From assembly GCA_028826165.1 (NCBI GenBank), contig JAPDFW010000053.1, positions 248,001 to 312,000 of the forward strand: 64,000 nt of DNA, in the 5' to 3' direction. The position numbers and the translations under genes were made by a program. Position 1 is the stretch's first letter. Every line of letters begins with the position of its first letter. Under the pieces are notes generated by a model. That model was given only the letters and a program-made list of their open reading frames with translations, was not told the DNA's origin and made no database searches. This stretch comes from Anaeramoeba ignava BMAN. Its lineage: Eukaryota; Protista; Anaeramoebae. Of this stretch, positions 21,382 to 33,500 are shown in pieces.

Positions 21382-22387
21382 TCAAATTAATCCAACAGAT
21401 TTAATTGATTTTCGAAAAACAGTATCAGAAATAGAATGAAATATTCTTTCAATATTTCTAGTATCAATAGCACAAGTTTTATAAGTATATAAACTTCTTG
21501 CTCCAGTTTGATCAATTTCACTTGCTTGTTCAAATTGATTTTGGATAAATTGATAAGCAGTTTTTTTATCTTTTTCTGGACCTAATTTAATAAATTTAAT
21601 AAATATAATAAATATAATAAATTTAATAAACATTTTTTAATAATAAATTTAATAAATATTTTTACCTGAATATTCAGGAAAAAAATCTTTTAAATTTTTT
21701 CTAAGAATTTTTTCTTTAAAAATATCTTTTTTGTTAAGAAATAAAATAATTGAAGATTCTGAAAACCTGCTCAAAATTGTTTTTGGATTAAATTTTTTTT
21801 AAAAATATTTTTTGATTAAAATTAAATTGTTTTAAATTAATTGAAAATTGTTTTGAATTAAATTAAATTAAATTAAATTAAATTAAATTGTTTTGAATTA
21901 ATTTAAATTGTTTTGGATTAAATTAAATTGTTTTGGATTAAATTAAATTGTTTTAAATTAAATTAAATTGTTTTGGATTAAATTAAATTGTTTTAAATTA
22001 AATTAAATTGTTTTGAATTAATTTTAATTATTTTGGATTAAATTAAATTATTTTAAATTAAATTAAATTGTTTTGAATTAAATTAAATTGTTTTGAATTA
22101 AATTAAATTGTTTTAAATTAAATTAAATTTGTTTTAAATTAAATTAAATTGTTTTGGATTAAATTAAATTGTTTTAAATTAAATTAAATTATTTTAAATT
22201 AAATTAAATTGTTTTGAATTAAATTAAATTAAATTAAATTAAATTAAATTGTTTTGAATTAAATTAAATTTTCAACCTTCATTCGATTTGATGATTGATT
22301 TTCTCTTAATGTTTGGTCAAAAGAAGAAAGAGAAGCTATAAAAATTACACAAGTAACTTTATCAAAACAATGTAACCTTAAAAATAA

Positions 22388-22426
<39 letters not shown>

Positions 22427-22431
22427 ATGAA

Positions 22432-22522
<91 letters not shown>

Positions 22523-24559
22523 ATGAATAAATGAATAAATGAATAAATAAATGAGTTATAAATTAAAATGGTAATTATTTATCTACCATTTTCTTCTTTC
22601 ATTTCTTTGACCACCAACATCAATAATAGTAAATTTACTATTAAAAATTTCCATTTGAACTTCTTCAATTGAAACTGTTTTTAATCTTGCTCTTAAAATA
22701 TCATCATTTGTTGGAATATAATCAGGATTTCCAATTCTATCAATTTCATTAAAAAAGCTTGAATTTTTTAAATTTAAAATTTGAATTTGGAATTTTTAAT
22801 TTATTTGAATTGTCAATTTTTAATTGGAATTTTTAATTGAAAATTAGTTTACTAATCAGCTGTTTCATTAAGTTGAAATTCTGTATCTCTAAGTTCATAA
22901 GTTTTCTGTATTCCTGGATCTTTCCATAATTCTTTTATAGATTGAGTTAAATCTCGAGTAAATTTTTCATCATTAATTTTTAATTTTTGAAAATTTGTTG
23001 CTAATTCCTGTTAAATTTAATAAAATAAATATTCATTCCTTTTTTTTGCATTCTAATTTGTAAATTTTTACAGAATTTTCAATTGGAATTCCTAGTTTTT
23101 GTGCAACTAGAATTAATGCTTTCATTTGTGAAAAACAATTTTGATAAATGATTTGTTTGTGATCTTCTTTTTCTTTGTTTGTAAAAGTTCCTCTTTCAAG
23201 TAATTTTAACTGTTTGAAAAAGGTTGTTTTTCCTGATTCTCCCGCACCTTTATAATTTTAATTTTAATTTTAATTTTAATTTTAATTTGAATTTTAATTT
23301 TAATTTTAATTTTAATTTTAATTTGAATTTTAATTTTAATTTTAATTTTAATTTAATTTTAATTTTAATTTTAATTTTAATTTTAATTTTAATTTTAATT
23401 TTAATTTTAATTTTAATTTTAATTTTAATTTTAATTTGAATTTTAATTTTAATTTTAATTTTAATTTTAATTTTAATTTTAATTTTAATTTTTAATTTTA
23501 ATTTTAATTTTAATTTTAATTTTAATTTTAATTTTAATTTTAATTTTAATTTTAATATTAATTTTAATTTTAATTTTAATTTTAATTTTAATTTTAATTT
23601 TAATTTTAATTTTAATTTTAATTTTAATTTTAATTTTAATAATTTTAATTTTAATTTTAAATAATTTGGATTTTAATTTAATTTTAATTTTAATTTGAAT
23701 TTTAATTTTAATTTTAATTTTAATTTGAATTTGGATTGTAATTTTAATTTTAATTTTAATTTGGATTTTAATTTTAATTTGAATTTTGATTTTAATTTTA
23801 ATTTAAATTGTAATTTTAATTTGAATTTGAATTTGGATTGTGATATTAATTTTAATTTTAATTTTAATTTTAATTTAAATTGTAATTTTAATTATAATTT
23901 TAATTTGGATTTTAATTTTAATTGTGATTTGAATTTTAATTTTAATTTTAATTTTAATTTTAATTGTAATTTTAATTTTAATTTTAATTTGAATTTTAAT
24001 TTTAATTTTAATTTTAATTTTAATTTTAATTTTAATTTTAATTTTAATTTAATTTTAATTTTAATTTTAATTTTAATTTTAATTGTAATTTTAATTTTAA
24101 TTTTAATTTTAATTTTAATTTTAATTTAAATTGTAATTTTAATTTTAATTTTAATTTAAATTGTAATTTTAATTTTAATTTTAATTTAAATTGTAATTTT
24201 AATTTTAATTTGAATTTGGATTGTAATTTTAATTTGAATTTGAATTTGGATTGTAATTTTAATTGTAATTTTAATTTGGATTATAATTTTAATTTGGATT
24301 GTGATTCGAATTTGGATTGTAATTTTAATTTTAATTTGAAGTTGGATTTGAGAAAAAAAAATTTTTTTTTTGATGAAGTTTATTTTATTTTGATTTATGT
24401 TGTTTTTATAATTTAATTTTTGAATAAAAAACCTAAAAGTAAAATCTTTGTTTGTTCAGTTGTTTTAGATTCTTTTTTTATTTTAGAATTAATTGTTTTA
24501 TCTCTTTCCATTAAAGCTTGTTCATCTTCTGATAAATTGTTTTTACAACAATTTCCCAT
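21382..24559 (-). CDS. Heterotrimeric G protein alpha subunit, multi-exon; one internal exon not found
   Basis: MGNCC N-terminus (myristoylation/palmitoylation type), KILLL|[44 protein letters not shown]. Confidence 0.93.
21775..22272. repeat. Intronic ~20-bp satellite (AAATTAAATTGTTTTGRATT)
   Basis: Direct reading. Confidence 0.9.
22385..22553. repeat. (AAAT)n microsatellite in a G-alpha intron
   Basis: Direct reading. Confidence 0.95.
23252..24340. repeat. (AATTTT)n microsatellite with AATTTG/GATTGT variants in G-alpha intron 1
   Basis: Direct reading; the intron spans 23248-24432 on the minus strand. Confidence 0.95.
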
Positions 24560-24751
24560 TATAATTATTGTTTATTATTATTTATTTAAGAAAAAAAAGG
24601 AAAAAGAAAGGAAAAAAATGAAAAAATAAAATTTCTCCTTTTTATTTTATTTTTTTAATTATTTTTTTTTTCTCCTTTTATTCTTCTTTTATTTATTTTT
24701 AATTTAAAAAATTTTTTTCATTTTTTTTTTCATTTTTTTTTTTTTTTTTAA

Positions 24752-27700
24752 ATGTCAATTAATATTAATAACGAACAAAAAATTTTAATTTGGCTTCAGA
24801 AAAAATTAAAAAAAGAAATTCCATTTGAAATTAAAACAAAAGAATTATTTAAATATATTTATGAATATGCTTATTTAAATTATCCAGATTCTATTCAACT
24901 TTGGCAAAAGTTTGTGTTTTTTTTTCAATTTAAAACAAAAAGATAAAAAAAATTTTTTTTTCTTTTTTGATTTTCTTTTTTAATTTTCTTTTAATTTTTT
25001 TTAACGATCTTTTTTACTTTTTTACTTTTTTTCTTTTTGAAAATTTTTCCAAAAAAACAAATCAATTTATTCTTAATCCAAAAATTAAATAGAAGTGATG
25101 AAAATAAAAATATGGAAAATTTACTCATTTTAAGTAGAAAAAACGGAATTCCAGAACAAATTTTAAAAGGAGTTTCAAATTTTGAACGAAAATATTTATT
25201 TAAATTATTACTTGAATTAAAAAAAAATTTAAGACAAGAAACACAAGAAAAAATAATTCAAGATTCAAATACAAAAAAAAGTAAAAAAATCAAATTTAGA
25301 AGAGTAAAAAACGCAACACCAAATTCTTCAAAAATTCGTCGAGTAAGAATTATTAAAGATACTCATGTAAAGCAATCGAATAAAGAATCAAAAGGTCAAA
25401 AGATTCTAGAATTCAAACCACAAAATCCAAATGAAAATACTGGAAATCCTACTCAAAAAAAATTTCGATACATCAAAAGAATAAAAAAAAGTGATTCAAC
25501 AAATCAAGAAATCAACTTGACAAATATAAATGAAAATAAAGAGAAAAATGAACCAAATGATGATTTTGATGATGAATTTGAAGAAATTAATTTTGCGCTT
25601 CCAATTCAATCAAATAAAAATCAAAATCAAAATCAAAATCAAAAATCACTTGAAAATGAAAAGGAAAAAATTGCGAAGGAAATTGAGAAATTAAAACAAG
25701 AGAAAGAAAGGATTCAAAATCAATCCCATTCAAATATCTATCTTCAAAACGAAGAGTATCAAAAATTTGGGATCATTTTAGATTCAAATGCAAACCATCT
25801 CATTTACAAAACAAATATTGATGGAAGCAATATTATTGCTGAGTTTAAAAACGATGGAAATCCTGTTGTTCTTCAACAACAATTTACCAATTTCTCAAAT
25901 ATCAATTCCAAATTGGTTATGAATCCCGGTTTGAAGAAGAAAGTTGCAAAAATTCACCAGAAAATTGAGACTCTTCTCAATCAAGGATTTGTGGATTTCA
26001 ACTTTAAAATTATGAAGGATAAAATCAAGTCTGGAGTGATTAAATTCCGTCAAAACAAAATCAAAGTTCTGAGTTCATCTTCCAAAAAAATATTTGATGG
26101 GCCTTATAGTAGAGATCAAAGAATTTTTATGCATCCGAAGGAGTTTAATAAATTTATTTTTCAGCTTAATTCCACAGTTCAAATTGTTGGGTTGATAGAA
26201 GATCCTTTCCAAAGAGATGTTATTGTGAATACATTCATTTCTTTTCGGGATAAAGCATTGAATTTTGTAAACAATAAAAATCAACATTATATAATTTTAT
26301 CAAATTCTTCTTATGAATATTTAAATACGAATGAGCTTTTCAAGTTACCAATGAAGCAAAATGAAAATGAAAATTTGAATGAAAATGAATTTGAAAATGA
26401 AAATCAAAATGAAAATCAAAATGAAAATCAAAATCAAAATGAAAATCAAAATGAAAATCAAAATGAAAATGAAAATGAAAATCAAAATGAAAATGAAAAT
26501 GAAAATCAAAATGAAAATGAAAATGAAAATCAAAATCAAAACGATCATTTCAAAGATCCAAAAATTTCTTGGGTTTCAACTTACAATTATTTAAAAAAAG
26601 AACAAAATAAAGAATCTGATAAAGATGATCAAATTGATCAAAATTCAAATGATTTAAGCAAATCATTCCAAGTTGGTTTAATTAATTCTTTTACAGAACA
26701 TATTGGATACGCAACAATAACTTTATTTTCTAACCATTTTTCAGTCAAATATTTAACACATGTCTTGTATCGATATTATAGCCCATTTTCAAGATTGATA
26801 TTTGCAAAAGAGGAAGATCTTTTCTGCCAATTTAATATTGACGAATATTACAATTTCAAAATTCAATTCTCAAATATAGATAAGAAAATTTCGTTTATTA
26901 AACAATTTCATTTTAGAAGATACATTCATTTTGGATCGCAAATGGAGAAATTTATTGATAAAAAACAACCTGCAGTCGTTTTTCCATGTTTTGCATTTGC
27001 GGGTGTTGATGATGAACACAAAACAAAAGTCAAAATTGATTTTTTGATTAAGAGTTATTTTTTCAGTGTTTCTACTTCTCATTCCGAGTTTAAAGAATCT
27101 TCATTCACAAGAGATTATTCTGTTGAAAGTTATGTTGAAAAAATAACAGAACAAGAAAATCAAGTAAGATTAATATTTGAAAACGGAAATCAAATGAATC
27201 TTCAATTCGGTTCATTGGAAGAACTGCAGAAATTTCAAGAAACTTTCGAACAATATAAAATGAGGTTTTTATCGCATTCTTTTGGAGTGAAGTTCAAACA
27301 ATTCAATTGCCAAATGGTTTATAAAGAGGAGCAATTTGGAAATGTTGATACAATTATAACGTTTGATAAATTGACTTTTTATAAGCAATATAAAGCAATC
27401 ACATATGCTTTACAAGATATCAAAATTACAGAGAAATCCAACTCAAGTAGTTTAGAATTGGATTTATTTGAGGGTTCTAAGCTTGTTCTTGTTTTTGCAG
27501 AACCAAGTGATCGAGAAAAATTTGCAAAATCATTTGAAGAATTCAATATTTCTAAAAACAAAAGTATAAATGAACAACAAAATTTGCAAAAGACTTCTCC
27601 AAATCAACAAGAAAATGCTAAAAAGGAAGCACAAGTTGAAGCTGGCACACAATTTAATATTCATTTTTATTCTGAATCAGGAAAATATCTCACTTTTGGA

Positions 27701-30271
27701 AAACTGACAATTTCAACAGAATTTTTAATCTTGACAAAGCAGAATGGAGAGGAAATTAAAAAGAAAATTATTGATTCCATTATTCATTTGCATCCAACAA
27801 ATTTGGATGGATGCCATATCGAGTTTCAGGGAGAGAAATTTGGAGTAATTATTGGATTTCAAGATTCCAATCGTCAGGAGTTTTCAACGCTTTTTGAACA
27901 AAGAAAGAACGAATTGATGAAAATTGAAAATGAAAAGAAAGCTCAAGAAAAATTATCGAAAAAAGATGGATTGTTTCTTGATTCTTCTGAAGATTTGGAA
28001 GTTGAGGAAAGAGACACTCCAAGTTTTGAGTTTCCAATTTATTTCTTAAACGACAAATATGAAGAAACGGAGGAAAATATAATTGAAATCACCAACAAGG
28101 AATTCATCGTCAAATCAAAAGAAAATCAGGTGATTTATATGCAATCACTAAATCAGAAAATATCAATATCATCGAGCTCCAAAGCCAAAAATATACATCG
28201 AATGACATTTGAAAATGAGAAGTTTTACAATTTCAAATTTTCAGGAAACAAAAAATATCCTGATTTTGTTCAAGTTCTTAAGCAGCAAAGAAGAAATTAT
28301 CTCAAATCAAATTCGCGGAGATTAACGGAAAGAAATCTCCCCAAATTAAGCCCAACTATACTTTCAAATAACACGGAAGACGAACCAAAACAATATCCAG
28401 TGCTAATCCTGGATAATAATTTTGAGCTTGTGGAAAAGGCTCTCATCACAATTAACCAGGATGAAATTATATTGAAAAAATCGAATCACGAAACAAAGCA
28501 TTCATATAACGAAAGAATCAAGTTTGTGTTTCATCCAACAGAAAACGCGATTGCGAAATTATCTTTTGAGCAAGGAGACTCGTATGTTCTATCATTCGAA
28601 AATTCACAAGCAAAATTTTCATTTTTTAACGCGTTCAAAAAAAACAAGACTCAATCACTGAATTTGTCATCTTTCCAGGAAAATATGGATCCGTCTCCTC
28701 GTGATTTAGCACGCTCTTCAACTTCAATAACACCTCAATCAATGCAAAAATTCAATTCGGAACAAATTGAAAAGAGAGCAAAAGAGGATCCAATTTTCCC
28801 GATAACCGAAAAAACATACAAAGTCAATTTCCTGAATGGAGATTATCAACAAATTGACAGCGGTACGTTCCAGGTTTCCAATCACGAGTTTGTATTTGTC
28901 ACGAAGAAAAAGGGAGTTGAAAAGAAAAAATACGATCAATCGGTGAAGCTTTCTTTGTATTCCAAAAAATTCAATATTGTAAATATTATTTTTGAAGATG
29001 ATAAATCAACGATAAGAATATCATTTGAAAATTCACAAGAACGCATTCATTTCTTCAGCAATTTCCGCAAAAAACGCACTTTCTCAATGATTTTCTCAAG
29101 GAAAAAACCAGCCAAATTCACATATGTGGATGACTTACAAATTCAAGAACAGCCCAAAAAGGATAAAAACAAACCGAGTAAAAAATCCGAATTCAGTCCA
29201 CAAAAAAAATGGACAGGAAAAAACTCACTTTTCAAAATCAACATTTTGAATGAGAAATTCAAGAAAATTGATCGCGGAACAATCCAAATAGAAAACAATG
29301 AACTTCTTCTAAAAACTCCGAAAAGAGACATTAAAACAACCTATAACGAGAACATTGAACTGACTCCAATAGAGTCGAAAAAGAAGGTGGCGCAACTTTC
29401 TTTTGGAGATGGAACAAAGCTTCTGATTTCATTCCAAAAACCCAAAGATCTTTCTTCTTTTTTCGGTTCATATAAATTTCAACGATCACAATCAATGAGT
29501 CATTTTTCAATTAAAAAATCATTTTCAATCGAAAATGCAAATTTGGAATCCCAAAATTGGTTTGATCCAATTTCTGAATTTGATGTTGATATTATCGATA
29601 CAAATTTCAAAAAATTGGATGTTGCCAAAATTGTTCTTGGCGAAGAACTAACATTCATAAACTCAAAACAAAGCTTGAAATTCTCATATATTAATGATGA
29701 CATTAAATTACTTACTCATCCAAGAGAACAAATTGCACGTCTTTTGTTTGGAAAACACTCAGATAATATCTTGCTTTTCCAAAGTGCTGATGAAAGGACA
29801 GTTTTCTTTCGCAATTTTAAATATCAACGGTTTTTAAAGAAAAAACAATTGGGAGAGTTTGAAAATCAATTGGAATCAAAACTAAATTCTAATTCTTTAT
29901 CGAAAAACAAGAATGATAAACAAAATGATTCAAATAATAATCAAAAAGACGAAATTCGCTTCTTTTTCGTTTCGATTTTGAAAACGAATGAGGAAAGATT
30001 TCTTCCAAAAGAAGTTAATTTTCAAATTTTAAACACAAATTTAGTTGTTCGTTTTCTTAATCAGAAAAAATATCAATCTCAATATTCTTATGAAATTACA
30101 ACTAATTCAACAATTTTACAAAGTGGATCAAAAAGAACTTTTTTCAAAATTAATGTTGGAAAATGTGAATTCATTGTTGTTTTTATTAATTTTGAAACTG
30201 GAATGAAATTTGCTCAACTTTTTAAAGAAGCAATTAAAAAAATAAATTCTGAAAATGAAAAAGAACTTTAA
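24752..30271 (+). CDS. Large uncharacterised protein: degenerate calponin-homology-like N-terminus plus about 11 tandem PH-like modules; one intron (~24910-25092)
   Basis: Exon 1 ATG24752 joined to the 1744-codon ORF; repeated ~85-aa units F.V.IL..NF...D.G.I.I...HP....L.F....SFEN...R..FF..F. Confidence 0.75.
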
Positions 30272-30542
30272 AACTTTAAAACTTTAAAAAAACTTTAAAA
30301 AAACTTTGTAGATTTATCAATCAAAAAAAAAAAAAATCAAAAGATAAAATTGAACAAAAGAAAGAAAGAAAAAAAAAATCAAGTTTTTTTTTAATAAGTT
30401 TTTTTTTAATTCTTTCAAAAAAAAAAGAAAAAAAAATGAATAAAAAAAAAAAGTAAATGGAATTTTAAATTCCTAAAATAATTCCCAAAAAAAAATATAA
30501 TATCATTTCTTTTAATTCTTAATTATTTCTTTTAATTTTTAA

Positions 30543-33500
30543 TCATTTCTTTTTTGGTTTTTCATCCGTTTTCTTATTAGATTTACCACTTGTTTTAGTA
30601 AGAAGAGATCCAGTAAAAGAAGAACGATAAACAACTTCATGTTCTTGAATTGAATTAATCCAAGAAGGACTATTACAAGCCATTGCAACACCTCTAAGTA
30701 ACCAAGCCGATTCAAAGCATTGCCACTTAAGAGGTTTTGAATCATTTCTCGGTTGGAATATGATTTCCTGGTATTTTGGCTTTGGAGCTGTTTTGAATTT
30801 TTGAAGAAATTTGCCTGAAGGAAGTCCTAAATCGATTCCGATGTCATTTAAATCAAGTGAAATATCAGGCAAATCAAAAGAGATTCCGAGATCCTTTAAG
30901 CTAAGTGAAGGTAAATTAAGATCCCCTAAAATTGAACACAAAACTTCAATAATTTCTAGAATCTTAAGCTTTTTTGGCGGTGGAAGTTTGATTGGAGGCG
31001 CCTCAATTGTGAATGAAATGAGTAATTCAAGGATCTCAGGAATACTCGGTAATTCAAACCCAGAAATTGTCACTCTGGGAAGTGGTTCTTCCAACTTTTT
31101 CAATTCGGCAAGAACCACATGGAGCAGTTCGGGAAGGGTTATTGGATTTGGTGAAGGGAGACTGATGTCATCCAAATTACTTGATTTTTTCTTCTTGATT
31201 TTCTTAAGAATTTCTTTGAAAAAATTTGATAAAGAAGGAGACTCTGGGAAATCAAACTCGATCGCAGTCATGCTGCGCAGAGTACTGAGAACAATTTCAA
31301 GAACCCAAGGAAGATCAATTATGGGTAAATTGGGTAATTTAATTTTGGGGGGATTTTTGAGCTCTTCAAAAGTTTCTTCTAAAATTGCGAGGATGTCCAG
31401 AATAGACACAGAAGAGAACTGGCCCAGCGGCATAAACGGCAGAGCTCCTTCTTCTTTTGCGAGTGATTTTGCCGCAATATGCATCACGTCTGTGAACGAA
31501 TATTTTGGTGCCTCGGGAATTTCAATTTCGGGCAAGTCGTCTCTTCCTTTGATTTGTTTTTCAACGAGTTTGTCAAAAACATCCAAGATTTTCTTGCCAA
31601 GTTTCTTTGCTGCAGTTTGAAGAACAGGGTTTGATTTGTTCTTTTTGGATGTTACGTATCGAATAGCGTATTCTTTTGAGTCATCAAAAATTTCTTTTGT
31701 TTTTTCTGCACTTTCAACTAATGCTTGTGCATCATCTCCTCCAATTGCTCCTGCTAGGCTACTTAATCCAGAGCTTCCCTGTTTCTTGAGTTCTCCTACA
31801 TATACATACCAGTAGTCATCATGCTCATATCTTGTTATTGTTTTTTGAATGGGCTGCTTTTTTTTGTAGTTGTATTTCATTGTGTAAAGTGCTTTGTCGG
31901 TTAATACCATAAGTCGATCTTGTCTTGTTCCTCTTCTATTGATTTTTTTAATGTTCCATCCATGCATGTAGTTTTCTACTTCGTGTTTTTCTGTTTTTCC
32001 TTTGTTGATATAGTTATCTATTAGTATTTGGAATGCTGTTTTATCTGAATCATCCTTTAATATTAATTTTTTTAAATATTAATTTTTTTAAATTTTAATT
32101 TTAATTTTAATTTTAATTTTAATTTTGATTTTAATATTAATATTAATTTTAAATTTTAATTTTGATTTTAATTTTAATTTTAATTTTAATATTAATATTA
32201 ATTTTAATTTTAATTTTAATTTTATTTTTAATTTTAATTTTGATTTTAATTTTAATTTTAATTTTATAAATGAATTTTAATTTTAATATTAATTTTAATT
32301 TTAATTTTAATTTTAATTTTAATTTTAATTTTAATTTTAATTTTTAATATTATTTTCTTTCTTCTCTTCTTTACTGGATGTGATATTGTAGGTTGTGATA
32401 TTGCCCATTCCATATATTCAAAATGTCCATTTCTAACAAAATGGGAACTAGAAATATCTTCTAAATAATCAACTAATTTTTTCATTTGATGTTTTTCAAA
32501 TTTTTGATTTTTTTGTTTAAGTTCTAATTTATAAAATGCACAAGCATGTTTTAAAAGTGACTAAAAACAGAATGAAAAAATATTAAATATTAAATATTTA
32601 ATTTTTAATTTTTTAATTTTTTAATTTAAAATACTTGAATTTCATATGAACGTAAGTATCCATACCAATAATCTTCCCATAAAGAACAAAGATATAAAAC
32701 TCCTTCTTTAATATAAGCTATTCTTTTTGATCTTCCATGTCCAGGAATATGTACAAATACAATCTTTAGAATTTAAATTACATTTTGAATTTAAATTATA
32801 TTTTGAATTTAAATTATATTTTGTATTTAAATTATATTTTGTAATTAAATTACATTTTGTAATTAAATTATATTTTGTAATTAAATTATATTTTGAATTT
32901 AAATTATATTTTGTAATTAAATTATATTTTGAATTTAAATTATATTTTGTATTTAAATTATATTTTGTAATTAAATTATATTTTGTAATTAAATTATATT
33001 TTTGAATTTAAATTATATTTTGAAAATTAAATTATATTTTGAAATTAAATTATATTTTAAATTTTAATTTTTAATTAAATTATATTTTGAAATTAAATTA
33101 TATTTTGTAATTAAATTATATTTTTGTATTTAAATTATATTTTGTATTTAAATTATATTTTGAATTTAAATTATATTTTAAAATTAAATTATATTTTGTA
33201 ATTAAATTATATTTTGTAATTAAATTATATTTTGTAATTAAATTATATTTTGTATTTAAATTATATTTTGAAATTAAATTATATTTTGTAATTAAATTAT
33301 ATTTTATATTTAAATTATATTTTGTAATTAAATTATATTTTGTATTTAAATTATATTTTGTATTTAAATTATATTTTGAATTTAAATTATATTTTTAAAA
33401 TTAAATTATATTTTGTAATTAAATTATATTTTGTAATTAAATTATATTTTGTATTTTAAATTATATTTTGTATTTAAATTATATTTTGTAATTAAATTAT

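Noticed and set aside
23224-24416. NFNFNF / ILILIL ORFs (also the KLKLKL ORF at 1243-1623)
   Set aside because: Products of (AATTTT)n microsatellites.
30811-31620. 269-aa plus-strand ORF overlapping the minus-strand gene
   Set aside because: Antisense shadow with a TTG start and Ser/Gly-rich composition mirroring the Leu/Pro/Glu codons of the real strand.
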